A stretch of 64,000 bases of DNA from Candidatus Oxydemutatoraceae bacterium (GTDB lineage Bacteria; Pseudomonadota; Gammaproteobacteria; Poriferisulfidales; Oxydemutatoraceae). The stretch lies in the NCBI GenBank assembly GCA_965220085.1, contig CBDCOZ010000003.1, positions 960,001 through 1,024,000 of the forward strand, in the 5' to 3' direction. Below, piece by piece: positions 19,720-28,704 of the stretch; position 1 is the stretch's first letter, and the number at the start of each line of letters is the position of its first letter. Under the pieces are notes generated by a model. It saw nothing but the letters and a program-made list of their open reading frames with translations. It did not search any database and had not been told where the DNA came from. Position numbers and translations under genes: made by a program.

Positions 19720-21323
19720 GGGTGTACTACTATGGGGCTGCCCATAGCCTCTGACATCTCATCATCACTGATGGCAATATTTTCAAACGCCCGATTGTGG
19801 TATTTCGCATAATACTTCTTCAATCGCTTTTCAATCGCGTCATCGTATTCCGGTTTGACCACATGGGTGCGACCTGTCGGTGCGGCGACTACTTGCCCGT
19901 CTTTGACGACAAGCTCTCCGTGCTTGAACACATACAGCGGTCTGGCGAACATCGCTTCCGGGTCTTGTGACGGCTCGTAGACGACAATATCCGCGTCCGC
20001 TCCGCTCCCAAGGTGTCCTTTGTTTTGGAGCCCCAGACTCTTTGCCGGCGCGGCACGCGTTACGATGGCAATTTCATACAGGCTGTATTCGCGATCAAGC
20101 TGTTTGAGCAGTGTCATCTCTTGCGCTTGCGGATGCAAGCGGCTGAGAATATCGTTGCGGTAGTTGCGTTGCATCAGCAGGGCAATCAGGTGCGGGTAGC
20201 TGTCAAACGGTCCGCCATTCGGGTGGTCGGTCGTCAGGAATACGCGCCACGGGTCTTGAGTCAGCAAAAATATTTCAAGTCCGATTGCCCATTGCAGCGC
20301 ATTGACGAAATTCTGGTCGCGGTACTTGAACGGCACCACGCCGCAACCGGCTTCACACTCAATATCCATTACGACCCATTTGTTTGGCGATGCATGGGCA
20401 CTGTTTAAGTACTGGTGCAGTGTATCGCTTGAGGTGGTCACCGTTTGACCGAACATGACTTGTCCCACATCGGTGGAAACATTCGTGTGCTTGTTGATAG
20501 CGTCGGCGATTTCCTGTGCCGCCGATGAAAATGCCCGCTTGCCTTCGGTGCCGTAGCTGTGAAACTGTACGTGGGTTAAATGCAAGGGACGTCCTTCGGC
20601 AGCGCCGATCGTTTTCAAAGTGCTCTCGTAGTTTCCCGGAACGCCGAGGTTGCTTGTATGCGTGTGCAAGGGGTGTGGTACGCCGAGTTCGTCCAGTGCC
20701 CGTGTCAGTGCCTGCACGACCGCTCTTGGGGTGACATCGTAATAAGGTGTGCGCTCATCTATGTCCAGACCGCGAACATTGAATTTGAATGCATTGATGC
20801 CTCCGGGGTTAACGACCTTGACCGCCAGTGCCTGTGTTGCATCAAGCGTCCAGCCGACATAGTCGCGGATTTCGTCATGACTTGCATTGTTGGCCAGCAG
20901 TTGCATGAAGAAATCGTCATTGCCGAGCATGACGTAAGCGCCGACATCCACGATCGGTGTGTCGGCCATTTCATAGTGTGCCTGACGGGAGTTAGCCGCT
21001 ATCATTGCCGGCTCAAAGCATGCGGTATAGCCCATTTCGGCGTAGCGCAGGCCTGTTTCCACAGTACCCGGCACGATGAGGTCATCGCTCTGTTGTTCGC
21101 ACATCATGCAGCGCGCAATATTGACCTTGCCGCCGCCGATATGCGTGTGAATATCAATTGCACCGGGCATGATGACTTTGCCGCTGACATCGTACTCCTT
21201 AACCGGTTCGGAGGGGGCTGTTGTCGCTTCAATAATCTTGCCGTCCTGTACCAGCACATCGCGCACTTCGCCGTTGATATTATTGAGCGGGTCATAAACC
21301 GTTCCGCCGCATAGTTTCAGCAT
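19704..21323 (-). CDS. fhcA: Formyltransferase/hydrolase complex subunit A (amidohydrolase)
   Basis: IDIHTHIGG, KVVNPGG, NLGVPGN, QWAIGLE, TTDHPNGGPF. Confidence 0.95.
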   Translation of the reverse strand: MLKLCGGTVYDPLNNINGEVRDVLVQDGKIIEATTAPSEPVKEYDVSGKVIMPGAIDIHTHIGGGKVNIARCMMCEQQSDDLIVPGTVETGLRYAEMGYTACFEPAMIAANSRQAHYEMADTPIVDVGAYVMLGNDDFFMQLLANNASHDEIRDYVGWTLDATQALAVKVVNPGGINAFKFNVRGLDIDERTPYYDVTPRAVVQALTRALDELGVPHPLHTHTSNLGVPGNYESTLKTIGAAEGRPLHLTHVQFHSYGTEGKRAFSSAAQEIADAINKHTNVSTDVGQVMFGQTVTTSSDTLHQYLNSAHASPNKWVVMDIECEAGCGVVPFKYRDQNFVNALQWAIGLEIFLLTQDPWRVFLTTDHPNGGPFDSYPHLIALLMQRNYRNDILSRLHPQAQEMTLLKQLDREYSLYEIAIVTRAAPAKSLGLQNKGHLGSGADADIVVYEPSQDPEAMFARPLYVFKHGELVVKDGQVVAAPTGRTHVVKPEYDDAIEKRLKKYYAKYHNRAFENIAISDDEMSEAMGSPIVVHPCQSH

Positions 21324-22582
21324 TGTATCGCTCCGTTGCTTGGCAGTTGCTGCCGGATACCCGCAAGAACCTCTGTCGCGGAGGGCAATTCGGTTTGTCT
21401 GAGTTGTTTTAGCGGCACCATGACAACATTGTCGGTGCGGAATATGTGCCCGTTATGGTCTATGCCCGGAATGCCGACGGGGATATGTACCGCCGCCGGT
21501 TTTGCCGGGACGACATCCGGGCGGGTAATCGCAATCAGAGGGATATCGCAATCCGGAGGCGGGTCGGGGTGTAACGCTGCCGTCCAGATTAACAAATCAC
21601 TTGTCTTGTTGGCGAGCAGATCGGATGTTGCGTACTGTGAGGGGTCATAAGTCGGTGGTGTTGTGCCGAAATCGGTGCGAATCGGCAAACCGCTTTGCCA
21701 CAGGCACACATTGTTGAGGGTTGTACTGTTACCGCTCAGGGGCAAACCCACGCAACGTGTTTCTTTGTTGAAATGTTTGGTCAGGCCTGCGAGTGTTTCA
21801 ACGGTCAAGTCAGCGTGCGGCTGTTGCAAATCACCGGTGTCCCACAGTAGTGCGGTGTAAGCCGAGCTCTTAATTTTATCAACGATGCGCAACAGCGCTT
21901 TGCCGGTTTCGTGTTCCGGCGAGTGGCCGTTGGCAACCGCTGCCAGCATCTGTACACAATCCGGTATCTCTTCTGCCGATACATTGACGGCCTCAAACAG
22001 ATTTTCTTGCAAGTCGTCGGGGATGCGGTCTTGCCATGGCCCGATGAGCACAACTTCCGGTTCGGCGTTTTCATGAAAAAGTCTTGGCCCGGTCAGCACA
22101 CGCTCCACTACGCGCGGGTAGCGGTCTAATATCTGATTGCCGATGACGATGATGAAATCGGCGCGTGTTCTGACTTCGGCCAGTGTTGTCAGCACCCAGC
22201 CGCTATTCTGCAATATTCTGGTATTGCACGCGCTGGCATCGCCATCGCTGTGATCCACAATGCCGCCGCACGCTCTGGCAAGCTTGAGGACTTCCCGCGC
22301 ACCTTCAACATCCAGTGATGCGCTACTCAGCAGGGGCCGTTTTGCCGCTTGAATCAGGTGCGCCGCTTCTGCGACAGCTGCATCAAGCGTAGTGCTTTTG
22401 CCGTCTATTGTCGGCGGCGCGTTGGTGCTCTCTGCGGCACTGTTCTCAAAGTATGCGCGGCAAGTCACGGGCAATGTCTTTGTGGCTTCCAAAGTATGTC
22501 CTTTGCAACTTACCTCAAGGTCGTCGCAAGCAAGCCCGCAAAAAGGGCAAGTCACATTATGAGAGGCGGTGTGTTCGTTCAT
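21317..22582 (-). CDS. fhcB: Formyltransferase/hydrolase complex subunit B
   Basis: VTCPFCGLACDD, TTLAEVRTRAD, PVGIPGIDHNG..FRTD; operon position. Confidence 0.9.
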   Translation of the reverse strand: MNEHTASHNVTCPFCGLACDDLEVSCKGHTLEATKTLPVTCRAYFENSAAESTNAPPTIDGKSTTLDAAVAEAAHLIQAAKRPLLSSASLDVEGAREVLKLARACGGIVDHSDGDASACNTRILQNSGWVLTTLAEVRTRADFIIVIGNQILDRYPRVVERVLTGPRLFHENAEPEVVLIGPWQDRIPDDLQENLFEAVNVSAEEIPDCVQMLAAVANGHSPEHETGKALLRIVDKIKSSAYTALLWDTGDLQQPHADLTVETLAGLTKHFNKETRCVGLPLSGNSTTLNNVCLWQSGLPIRTDFGTTPPTYDPSQYATSDLLANKTSDLLIWTAALHPDPPPDCDIPLIAITRPDVVPAKPAAVHIPVGIPGIDHNGHIFRTDNVVMVPLKQLRQTELPSATEVLAGIRQQLPSNGAIQC

Positions 22583-22687
22583 GGTTGATATTGGGGGCAC
22601 CCTGTATCAAGGTACAGCGTTTTTATGTTTTGAGTGGCATATTATACGCATAAACAGGTATTGTTGTTTGTTGCGAGCGCCGGCCCG

Positions 22688-22840
22688 ATAATGCCCGAAA
22701 TATTGCGGATTCCTGATATCAACACAAGCCGCGAAGAATGCCCGAAACATGCCGGATTCTTGGCTTTAACAAAGGCCGACAGGCAATATCAGCATATCGG
22801 AAACGCCGCCGCAACCTGCCGCCGGAGGCGGTCGCAGAGA
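22688..22840 (+). repeat. Degenerate copy of the palindromic repeat family plus its associated ~70 bp GC-rich module
   Basis: ATGCCCGAAATATTGCGGATTCC... and AAGGCCGACAGGCAATATCAGCA...GCCGGAGGCGGTCGCAG match 32161-32420 and 24695-24800. Confidence 0.8.
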
Positions 22841-22856
22841 TTTGACAAAAAAGCGC

Positions 22857-22884
22857 TTGCAAAGGACTCACTTTGTGGTATAGT
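22857..22884 (+). promoter_or_regulatory. Putative sigma70 promoter for the first Cys-rich gene
   Basis: TTGCAA-16 bp-TATAGT with extended -10 TG; exact copy at 24819-24846. Confidence 0.55.
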
Positions 22885-23121
22885 GCACGGAATCCATGAA
22901 AAAAGGAGGGCAACGCTTGAACTTAGAAATGACCGAATTTATGAAACAGTGCGACATTAAACAGTTGCATGGAGCACAAACAGTGATGGAACGCAAACAA
23001 TTTAAGAAATCACAAACAACAAAGTTGTTTGTGCTCTTACTACTGTGCTCTTACTACCGTGCCTCATCAAATGTTGCTTGTGCACATATGCCGTACGGTC
23101 ACATCTATCAGGAGTAAAACA

Positions 23122-24454
23122 ATGATCCAACAAAACAACATGAAATTACGAATTACTAATACTACCCCCCCCCCCCCCCCCCCCTCCTTCGCATAGGCGG
23201 ACAGCGCTAACTCGGCTTAGTCTCTGGTCGCTGGTTCTGCCGGCGTTGTTTGCTTGCGCTTGTATCTTCGCCGCGAGCGCCGCACACGCACAAGCCGCTT
23301 GCCCCGCCGGGCAAACGCGAGTCACGAATCAGGCCGGCGCCACCGGTTGCTTTCTTGATGCCAATGTCAAAATTCTGACGGACTGTGAAAACAGCGGATG
23401 GATTGGTCGCGAAGATGTGGCTCTGCCCCCCGATACAGGTTTAGCCTGCGCCATTCGCAGCAGGTTGTTGGGGGGATTAGGCTCTAGCGGCCCGAGCGCA
23501 GGGTTGTGCCTGATTGTCACCGACAATACTTTTCTTCCCACTGTTTTTCCCTCTTGCACCGCAATGTACGGTAACCCGCCGGTTTTTCCGAAAGCGGAGG
23601 ACCATCCTAATGTTGTCAGCCCGATACACCCGAGCGTGGATGGTAGCGGAGATGATTATTTCCACGCAAACTGCGATCGTGACGGGGGTGTCCCCGGCGG
23701 TTATCCGCCGGACCACAACATCAATGGCGAAACCGAATGCGCCTGCGATTTGGACTCGCACATCGGCGAATGGCCGGACTGCGTTGCCGCGCCGGATTTG
23801 ACCCGCGCCCAACGGCAGGGGGTTGGCACATGCGCGAGTCAAGGGTGGAATGTTTCCACCGCCACTGACGCCATCAAATGCGAAATTCCGCTGACTTCGG
23901 GCGGGATGGATTTTCCCGGCGGTTGCTTTTTTGACGAGGGTACGCCGCTGTGCGCGGATGTGTTCGGAGAGACATACGCCTTTCCGGATGGAACTTCGCC
24001 GACGCTCGTGCGGAGTCTTTACGACGGCTTTAACGCCATAAGCTCAGATTCCGCAGAGGTCAGAACCGCGGCGAGAGTTTATCGGGATGCGGTTTTGGCG
24101 CGATACGAAGGCGACCCGAACTATCTTGTCGCGCCGCTCGCCAACATAGAGGGCAACTCCGACAACAATAATCTGGCAATTGTCCGCAGCGTGTTGTTGC
24201 CAGTGTTCTCCGCGAACGACAAGATTCCTTTTGACTTTGTGGGAAGCGGGACAACCGACGCAGAGCGCCTTGCGGCGTTGCCCGGCTTAATCACGGCGGC
24301 GTTTGAGATGATTCCGGTTCGGGACCCGTATGTTTTCAACTGCGGCGCGGGCATGATTCCGGCAACGGTCAACACTGTCGGCGCGACGGAATGCGCTCGC
24401 CAACTGGACCTGCGCTTGCGCTTGCGCGTTTTCCTTGAAGGCCCGTTGCGGTAG
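23122..24454 (+). pseudogene. Cys-rich secreted protein paralogue 1, out of frame at a C20 tract (phase-OFF or assembly slip)
   Basis: RBS GGAG plus ATG at 23122 reads into C20 (23165-23184) and hits TAG at 23194; the rest of the gene is intact in the +1 frame and ends LRLRLRVFLEGPLR. Confidence 0.8.
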
Positions 24455-24818
24455 CGCGAGTGCTCCCCTTGCAGGACTTGTGCGCACACTCCCCTTGCGG
24501 GAGTCGACAAGCTAAGGGGGCTGGCGGGTAGCCTGACTACTCCGACACGTTGCTATCGCACCATCCCCGCAGGCGCACTGGCGGGAGTGTTGGGTGCGCA
24601 AGCGATATGTGAACACTGCTTAAAGCATGTTTAAGCGGAGGGAAGGGGAGTATTATGGGCGCACAAGGGGAGACAGATACGCTTGCAAATGACTGAAACA
24701 TGTCGGAAACATGCCGGATTGCCGGCTTCGGCAAAGGCCGACAGGCAATAGCAACGCATCGGCAACGCCGCCGCAAGCGGTCGCCGGAGGCGGTCGTTGC
24801 GATTTGAAAAAAAAGCGC

Positions 24819-24972
24819 TTGCAAAGGACTCACTTTGTGGTATAGTGCACGAAATCCATAAGGGGAGAGCAACAGTTGGACTTGTAAATAACTGAACTTA
24901 TGATATAGTGCACGGAATCCATAAGAGGAGAGCAACGATTGAACTTATAAATGACGGAATTTATGATATGGT
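24819..24972 (+). promoter_or_regulatory. Three stacked promoter-like units with a 63 bp period
   Basis: TTGCAA/TATAGT (24819/24841), TTGTAA/TATAGT (24882/24904), TTATAA/TATGGT (24945/24967), each with TG upstream of the -10. Confidence 0.55.
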
Positions 24973-25164
24973 GCGCCATTAAACAATCCACAAATAGTTT
25001 ATGGAATACAAACAATTTGAAGAAACCACAGACAATTAGATTAAACACACACAAACAACCGAGTGTTGTTTGTGCCTCTTATTACTGTGCTCTCATATCG
25101 TTTGTAGCTTCTTATGTTGCTTGCGCACATATGCCGTACGGTCACATCTTTCAGGAGTAAAACA

Positions 25165-26490
25165 ATGATACAACAAAACAACATGAAATTACGAATTACT
25201 AATACTACCCCCCCCCCCCCCCCCCCCTCGCATAGGCGGACAGCGCTAACTCGGCTTAGCCTCCGGGCGCTGGTTCTGCCGGCGCTGTTTGCTTGCGCTT
25301 GTATCTTCGCCGCGAGCGCCGCACACGCACAAGCCGCTTGCCCCGCCGGGCAAATGCGAGTCACGAATCAGGCCGGCGCCACCGGTTGCTTTCTTGATGC
25401 CAATATCAAAATTCTGACGGACTGTGAAAACAGCGGATGGATTGGTCGCGAAACTAGGGGGGTAACCCCCGCCGTAGGCTTAGCCTGTAGCATTCGCAGT
25501 AGATTGCTTAGGAGGCTCGTCCTTGGCGGCCAGAGCGCAGAGCTGTGCGTAATTGCCACCACCAATACTAGTGTGATCGATTTTATTCCCTTTTGCACTA
25601 CAATGTACGGTAACCCGCCGGTTTTTCCACAAGCGGAGGACCATCCTAATGTTAGCAGCCCGATACATCCGAGCGTGAATAACAGCGGAAAGGACTATTT
25701 CGTGGCAAACTGCGATCATGGCGGGGATGTCCCCGGCGGTTATCCGCCGACCCACAACCTCAACGGCGCAACCGAATGCTCCTGCGATTTGGACTCGCAC
25801 ATCGGCGAATACCCGAACTGCGTTGCCGCGCCGGACTTAACCCGCGCCCAACGGGAGGGGGTTGGCACATGCGCGAGTCAAGGGTGGAATGTTTCCACCG
25901 CCACCGATGCCATCAAATGCGAAATCCCGCTGACTTCGGGCGGGGCGGACTTTGACGGCTGCTTTTTTGACGAGGGCACGCTGCTGTGCGCGGATGTGTT
26001 CGGAGAGACATACGCCTTTCCGGATGGAACTTCGCCGACGCTCGTGCGGAGTCTTTACGACAGCTTTAACGCCATAAGATCAGATAACGCCGAGGTCAGA
26101 ACCGCGGCGAGAGTTTATCGGGATGCGGTTTTGGCGCGGTACGAAAGCGACCCGAACTATCTTGTCGCGCCGCTCGCCAACATAGAGGGCAACTCCGACA
26201 ACAATAATCTGGCAATTGTCCGCAGCGTGTTGTTGCCAGTGTTCTCCGCGAACGACATGATTCCTTTTGACTTTGTGGGAAGCGGGACAACCGACGCAGA
26301 GCGCCTTGCGGCGTTGCCCGGCTTAATCACGGCGGCGTTTGACATGATTCCGGTTCGGGACCCATATGTTTTCAACTGCGGAGCGGGCATGATTCCGGCA
26401 ACGGTCAACACTGTCGGCGCGACGGAATGCGTTCGCCAACTGGACCTGCGCTTGCGGTTGCGCCTCTTTCTGGAAGGCCCGTTGCGGTAG
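25165..26490 (+). CDS. Cys-rich secreted protein paralogue 2, in frame through a C20 tract
   Basis: C20 at 25208-25227 encodes a poly-Pro run; signal peptide ending AAHA; ends LRLRLRLFLEGPLR. Confidence 0.85.
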   Translation: MIQQNNMKLRITNTTPPPPPPSHRRTALTRLSLRALVLPALFACACIFAASAAHAQAACPAGQMRVTNQAGATGCFLDANIKILTDCENSGWIGRETRGVTPAVGLACSIRSRLLRRLVLGGQSAELCVIATTNTSVIDFIPFCTTMYGNPPVFPQAEDHPNVSSPIHPSVNNSGKDYFVANCDHGGDVPGGYPPTHNLNGATECSCDLDSHIGEYPNCVAAPDLTRAQREGVGTCASQGWNVSTATDAIKCEIPLTSGGADFDGCFFDEGTLLCADVFGETYAFPDGTSPTLVRSLYDSFNAIRSDNAEVRTAARVYRDAVLARYESDPNYLVAPLANIEGNSDNNNLAIVRSVLLPVFSANDMIPFDFVGSGTTDAERLAALPGLITAAFDMIPVRDPYVFNCGAGMIPATVNTVGATECVRQLDLRLRLRLFLEGPLR

Positions 26491-26638
26491 CGCGGGTAAC
26501 CGGCGGCAGAGTAAGAAGAGTGTTATGAGGCGCACAAGAAGATGAGACAGGATCCAAAGATACTTGCGAATGACTTTGTGGCGGAAGCGCTCCTTGCGCA
26601 ACTGCCTTCACGAAACATAAACCAGAAGGAGAATTACT

Positions 26639-27931
26639 ATGAACTGCCAAATTTCTGATACTGCCCCTCGGCATCGGCGGGCAACGCTGACCCGGCTTAG
26701 TTTCCGGGCGCTGGTTCTGCCGGCGCTGTTTGCTTGCGCTTGTATCTTCGCCGCGAGCGCCGCACACGCACAAGCCGCTTGCCCCGCCGGGCAAACGCGA
26801 GTCACGAATCAGGCCGGCGCCACCGGTTGCTTTCTTGATGCCAATGTCAAAATTCTGACGGACTGTGAAAACAGCGGCTGGGTTGGTCGCGAAGATGCGG
26901 CTCTGCCCCCCGACACAGGTTTAGCCTGCGCCATTCGTAGCAGACTGTTGAGGGGATTAGGCTCTGGCGGCTCTAGCTCAGGGTTGTGTCTGATTGTCAC
27001 CGACAATGCTGTTTTCCCCACTTTTATTCCCTTTTGCACCGCAATGTACGGTACCCCGCCGGTTTTTCCGAAAGCGGAGGACCATCCTAATGTTGTCAGC
27101 CCGATACATCCGAGAGTGGATGGCAGCGGAAATGATTATTTCCACGCAAATTGCGATCGTGACGGGGGCGTCCCCGGCGGCTATCCGCCGGACCACAACC
27201 TCAACGGCGCAACCGAATGCTCCTGCGATTTGGACTCGCACATCGGCGAATACCCGAACTGCGTTGCCGCGCCGGACTTAACCCGCGCCCAACGGGAGGG
27301 GGTTGGCACATGCGCGAGTCAAGGGTGGAATGTTTCCACCGCCACCGATGCCATCAAATGCGAAATCCCGCTGACTTCGGGCGGGATGGACTTTGACGGC
27401 TGCTTTTTTGACGAGGGTACGCCGCTGTGCGCGGATGTGTTCGGAGAGACATACGCCTTTCCGGATGGAACTTCGCCGACGCTCGTGCGGAGTCTTTACG
27501 ACAGCTTTAACGCCATAAGATCAGATAACGCCGAGGTCAGAACCGCGGCGAGAGTTTATCGGGATGCGGTTTTGGCGCGGTACGAAAGCGACCCGAACTA
27601 TCTTGTCGCGCCGCTCGCCAACATAGAGGGCAACTCCGACAACAATAATCTGGCAATTGTCCGCGGCGTGTTGTTGCCAGTATTTTCCGCGAACGACATG
27701 ATTCCTTTTGACTTTGTGGGAAGCGGGACAACCGACGCAGAGCGCCTTGCGGCGTTGCCCGGCTTAATCACGGCGGCGTTTGACATGATTCCGGTTCGGG
27801 AGCCGTATGTTTTCAACTGCGGCGCGGGCATGATTCCGGCAACGGTCAACACTGTCGGCGCGACGGAATGCGCTCGCCAACTGGACCTGCGCTTGCGGTT
27901 GCGCGTTTTCCTGGAAGGGCCGTTGCGGTAG
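26639..27931 (+). CDS. Cys-rich secreted protein paralogue 3 (no poly-C tract)
   Basis: AGAAGGAG RBS; near-identical to paralogues 1 and 2 outside the variable segment; ends LRLRLRVFLEGPLR. Confidence 0.88.
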   Translation: MNCQISDTAPRHRRATLTRLSFRALVLPALFACACIFAASAAHAQAACPAGQTRVTNQAGATGCFLDANVKILTDCENSGWVGREDAALPPDTGLACAIRSRLLRGLGSGGSSSGLCLIVTDNAVFPTFIPFCTAMYGTPPVFPKAEDHPNVVSPIHPRVDGSGNDYFHANCDRDGGVPGGYPPDHNLNGATECSCDLDSHIGEYPNCVAAPDLTRAQREGVGTCASQGWNVSTATDAIKCEIPLTSGGMDFDGCFFDEGTPLCADVFGETYAFPDGTSPTLVRSLYDSFNAIRSDNAEVRTAARVYRDAVLARYESDPNYLVAPLANIEGNSDNNNLAIVRGVLLPVFSANDMIPFDFVGSGTTDAERLAALPGLITAAFDMIPVREPYVFNCGAGMIPATVNTVGATECARQLDLRLRLRVFLEGPLR

Positions 27932-28077
27932 CGCGAGTAACCGACGGAGCAGGAGAGTGTTATGAGATGCACAAGAGGATGAGACAGGATCCAAAGATAC
28001 TTGCGGATGACTTTGCGGCGGAGAAGGGGAGTGTTATGAGGCGTAAGAGGATGAGACAGGATGTGAAGTATGTACAG

Positions 28078-28272
28078 TTTAATGAGGCACGGTGATAAGA
28101 GCACAGTAATAAGAGCACAGTGATAAGAGCACAAACAACTCAGTTGTTTGTGTGTCCTTGATTAGTTGTTTGTGTGTCCTTGATTAGTTGTTTGTGTGTC
28201 CTTGATTAGTTGTTTGTGGATTGTTTAATGAGGCACGGTGATAAGAGCACAGTGATAAGAGCACAAACAACT
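28078..28272. repeat. Composite short tandem repeat block (14 bp GATAAGAGCACAGT units; 22 bp AGTTGTTTGTGTGTCCTTGATT x3.5; CACAAACAACT-C-AGTTGTTTGTG palindrome)
   Basis: Read directly; 22 bp units start at 28142, 28164, 28186 and (partial) 28208. Confidence 0.9.
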
Positions 28273-28290
28273 TAAGAAACCACAAACAGT

Positions 28291-28603
28291 TTGCGGAGTT
28301 TGAAGCGGGTTTGTTGCCGACCCACATTCGGGTATTCAATAATCATCGGATAAAATATCTGCCATGGTTTAATACCCAACGACCACACTGCGGATTGAGG
28401 CTCCAAACACCTATGAGACAAATTACAAAATATCTGCCCAAAGTTTCCAATATGTCATGGCATCATACATTTAATAATCATCGGATAAAATATCCGCCAT
28501 GGTTTAATACCCAACGACCACACTATGGGTTGAGGCTTCAAACACCTATGAGACAAATTACAAAATATCCGCCTCAGGCATCCGATATGTTATGGCATCA
28601 TAC
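28291..28603 (+). mobile_element. IS481-like transposase 3'-end remnant, tandemly duplicated (135 bp unit)
   Basis: FNNHRIKYLPWFNTQRPHCGLRLQTPM...SNMSWHHT resembles the integrase-core C-terminus (YN..RPH..L...TP); first unit ends ...CATACA like a TGT/ACA IS end. Confidence 0.6.
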
Positions 28604-28704
28604 GCGGGGTGGCGTTGCGGGCGCGGGTGAGGCATAATGGCATCGGCGCGGGATGGGTCTGCGCTGATTTCTTCTGGCGAAACATTGACAATACGGGGCA
28701 TGCT

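Noticed and set aside
17987-22582. Methanogen-type formylmethanofuran dehydrogenase
   Set aside because: Gene set and order with ftr, mtdB, mch and fae match the bacterial Fhc complex; no FwdD/F/G subunits are present.
23400-27130. Diversity-generating retroelement behind the paralogue variation
   Set aside because: No reverse transcriptase or template repeat in the window; differences are not restricted to adenines and lie near the N-terminus.
28078-28272. CRISPR or iteron-type replication origin
   Set aside because: No spacers, no rep gene or evident DnaA boxes; the same modules recur upstream of the paralogues.
28311-28637. 108 aa repeat protein (and 31003-31230)
   Set aside because: Better explained as duplicated transposase C-terminal remnants.
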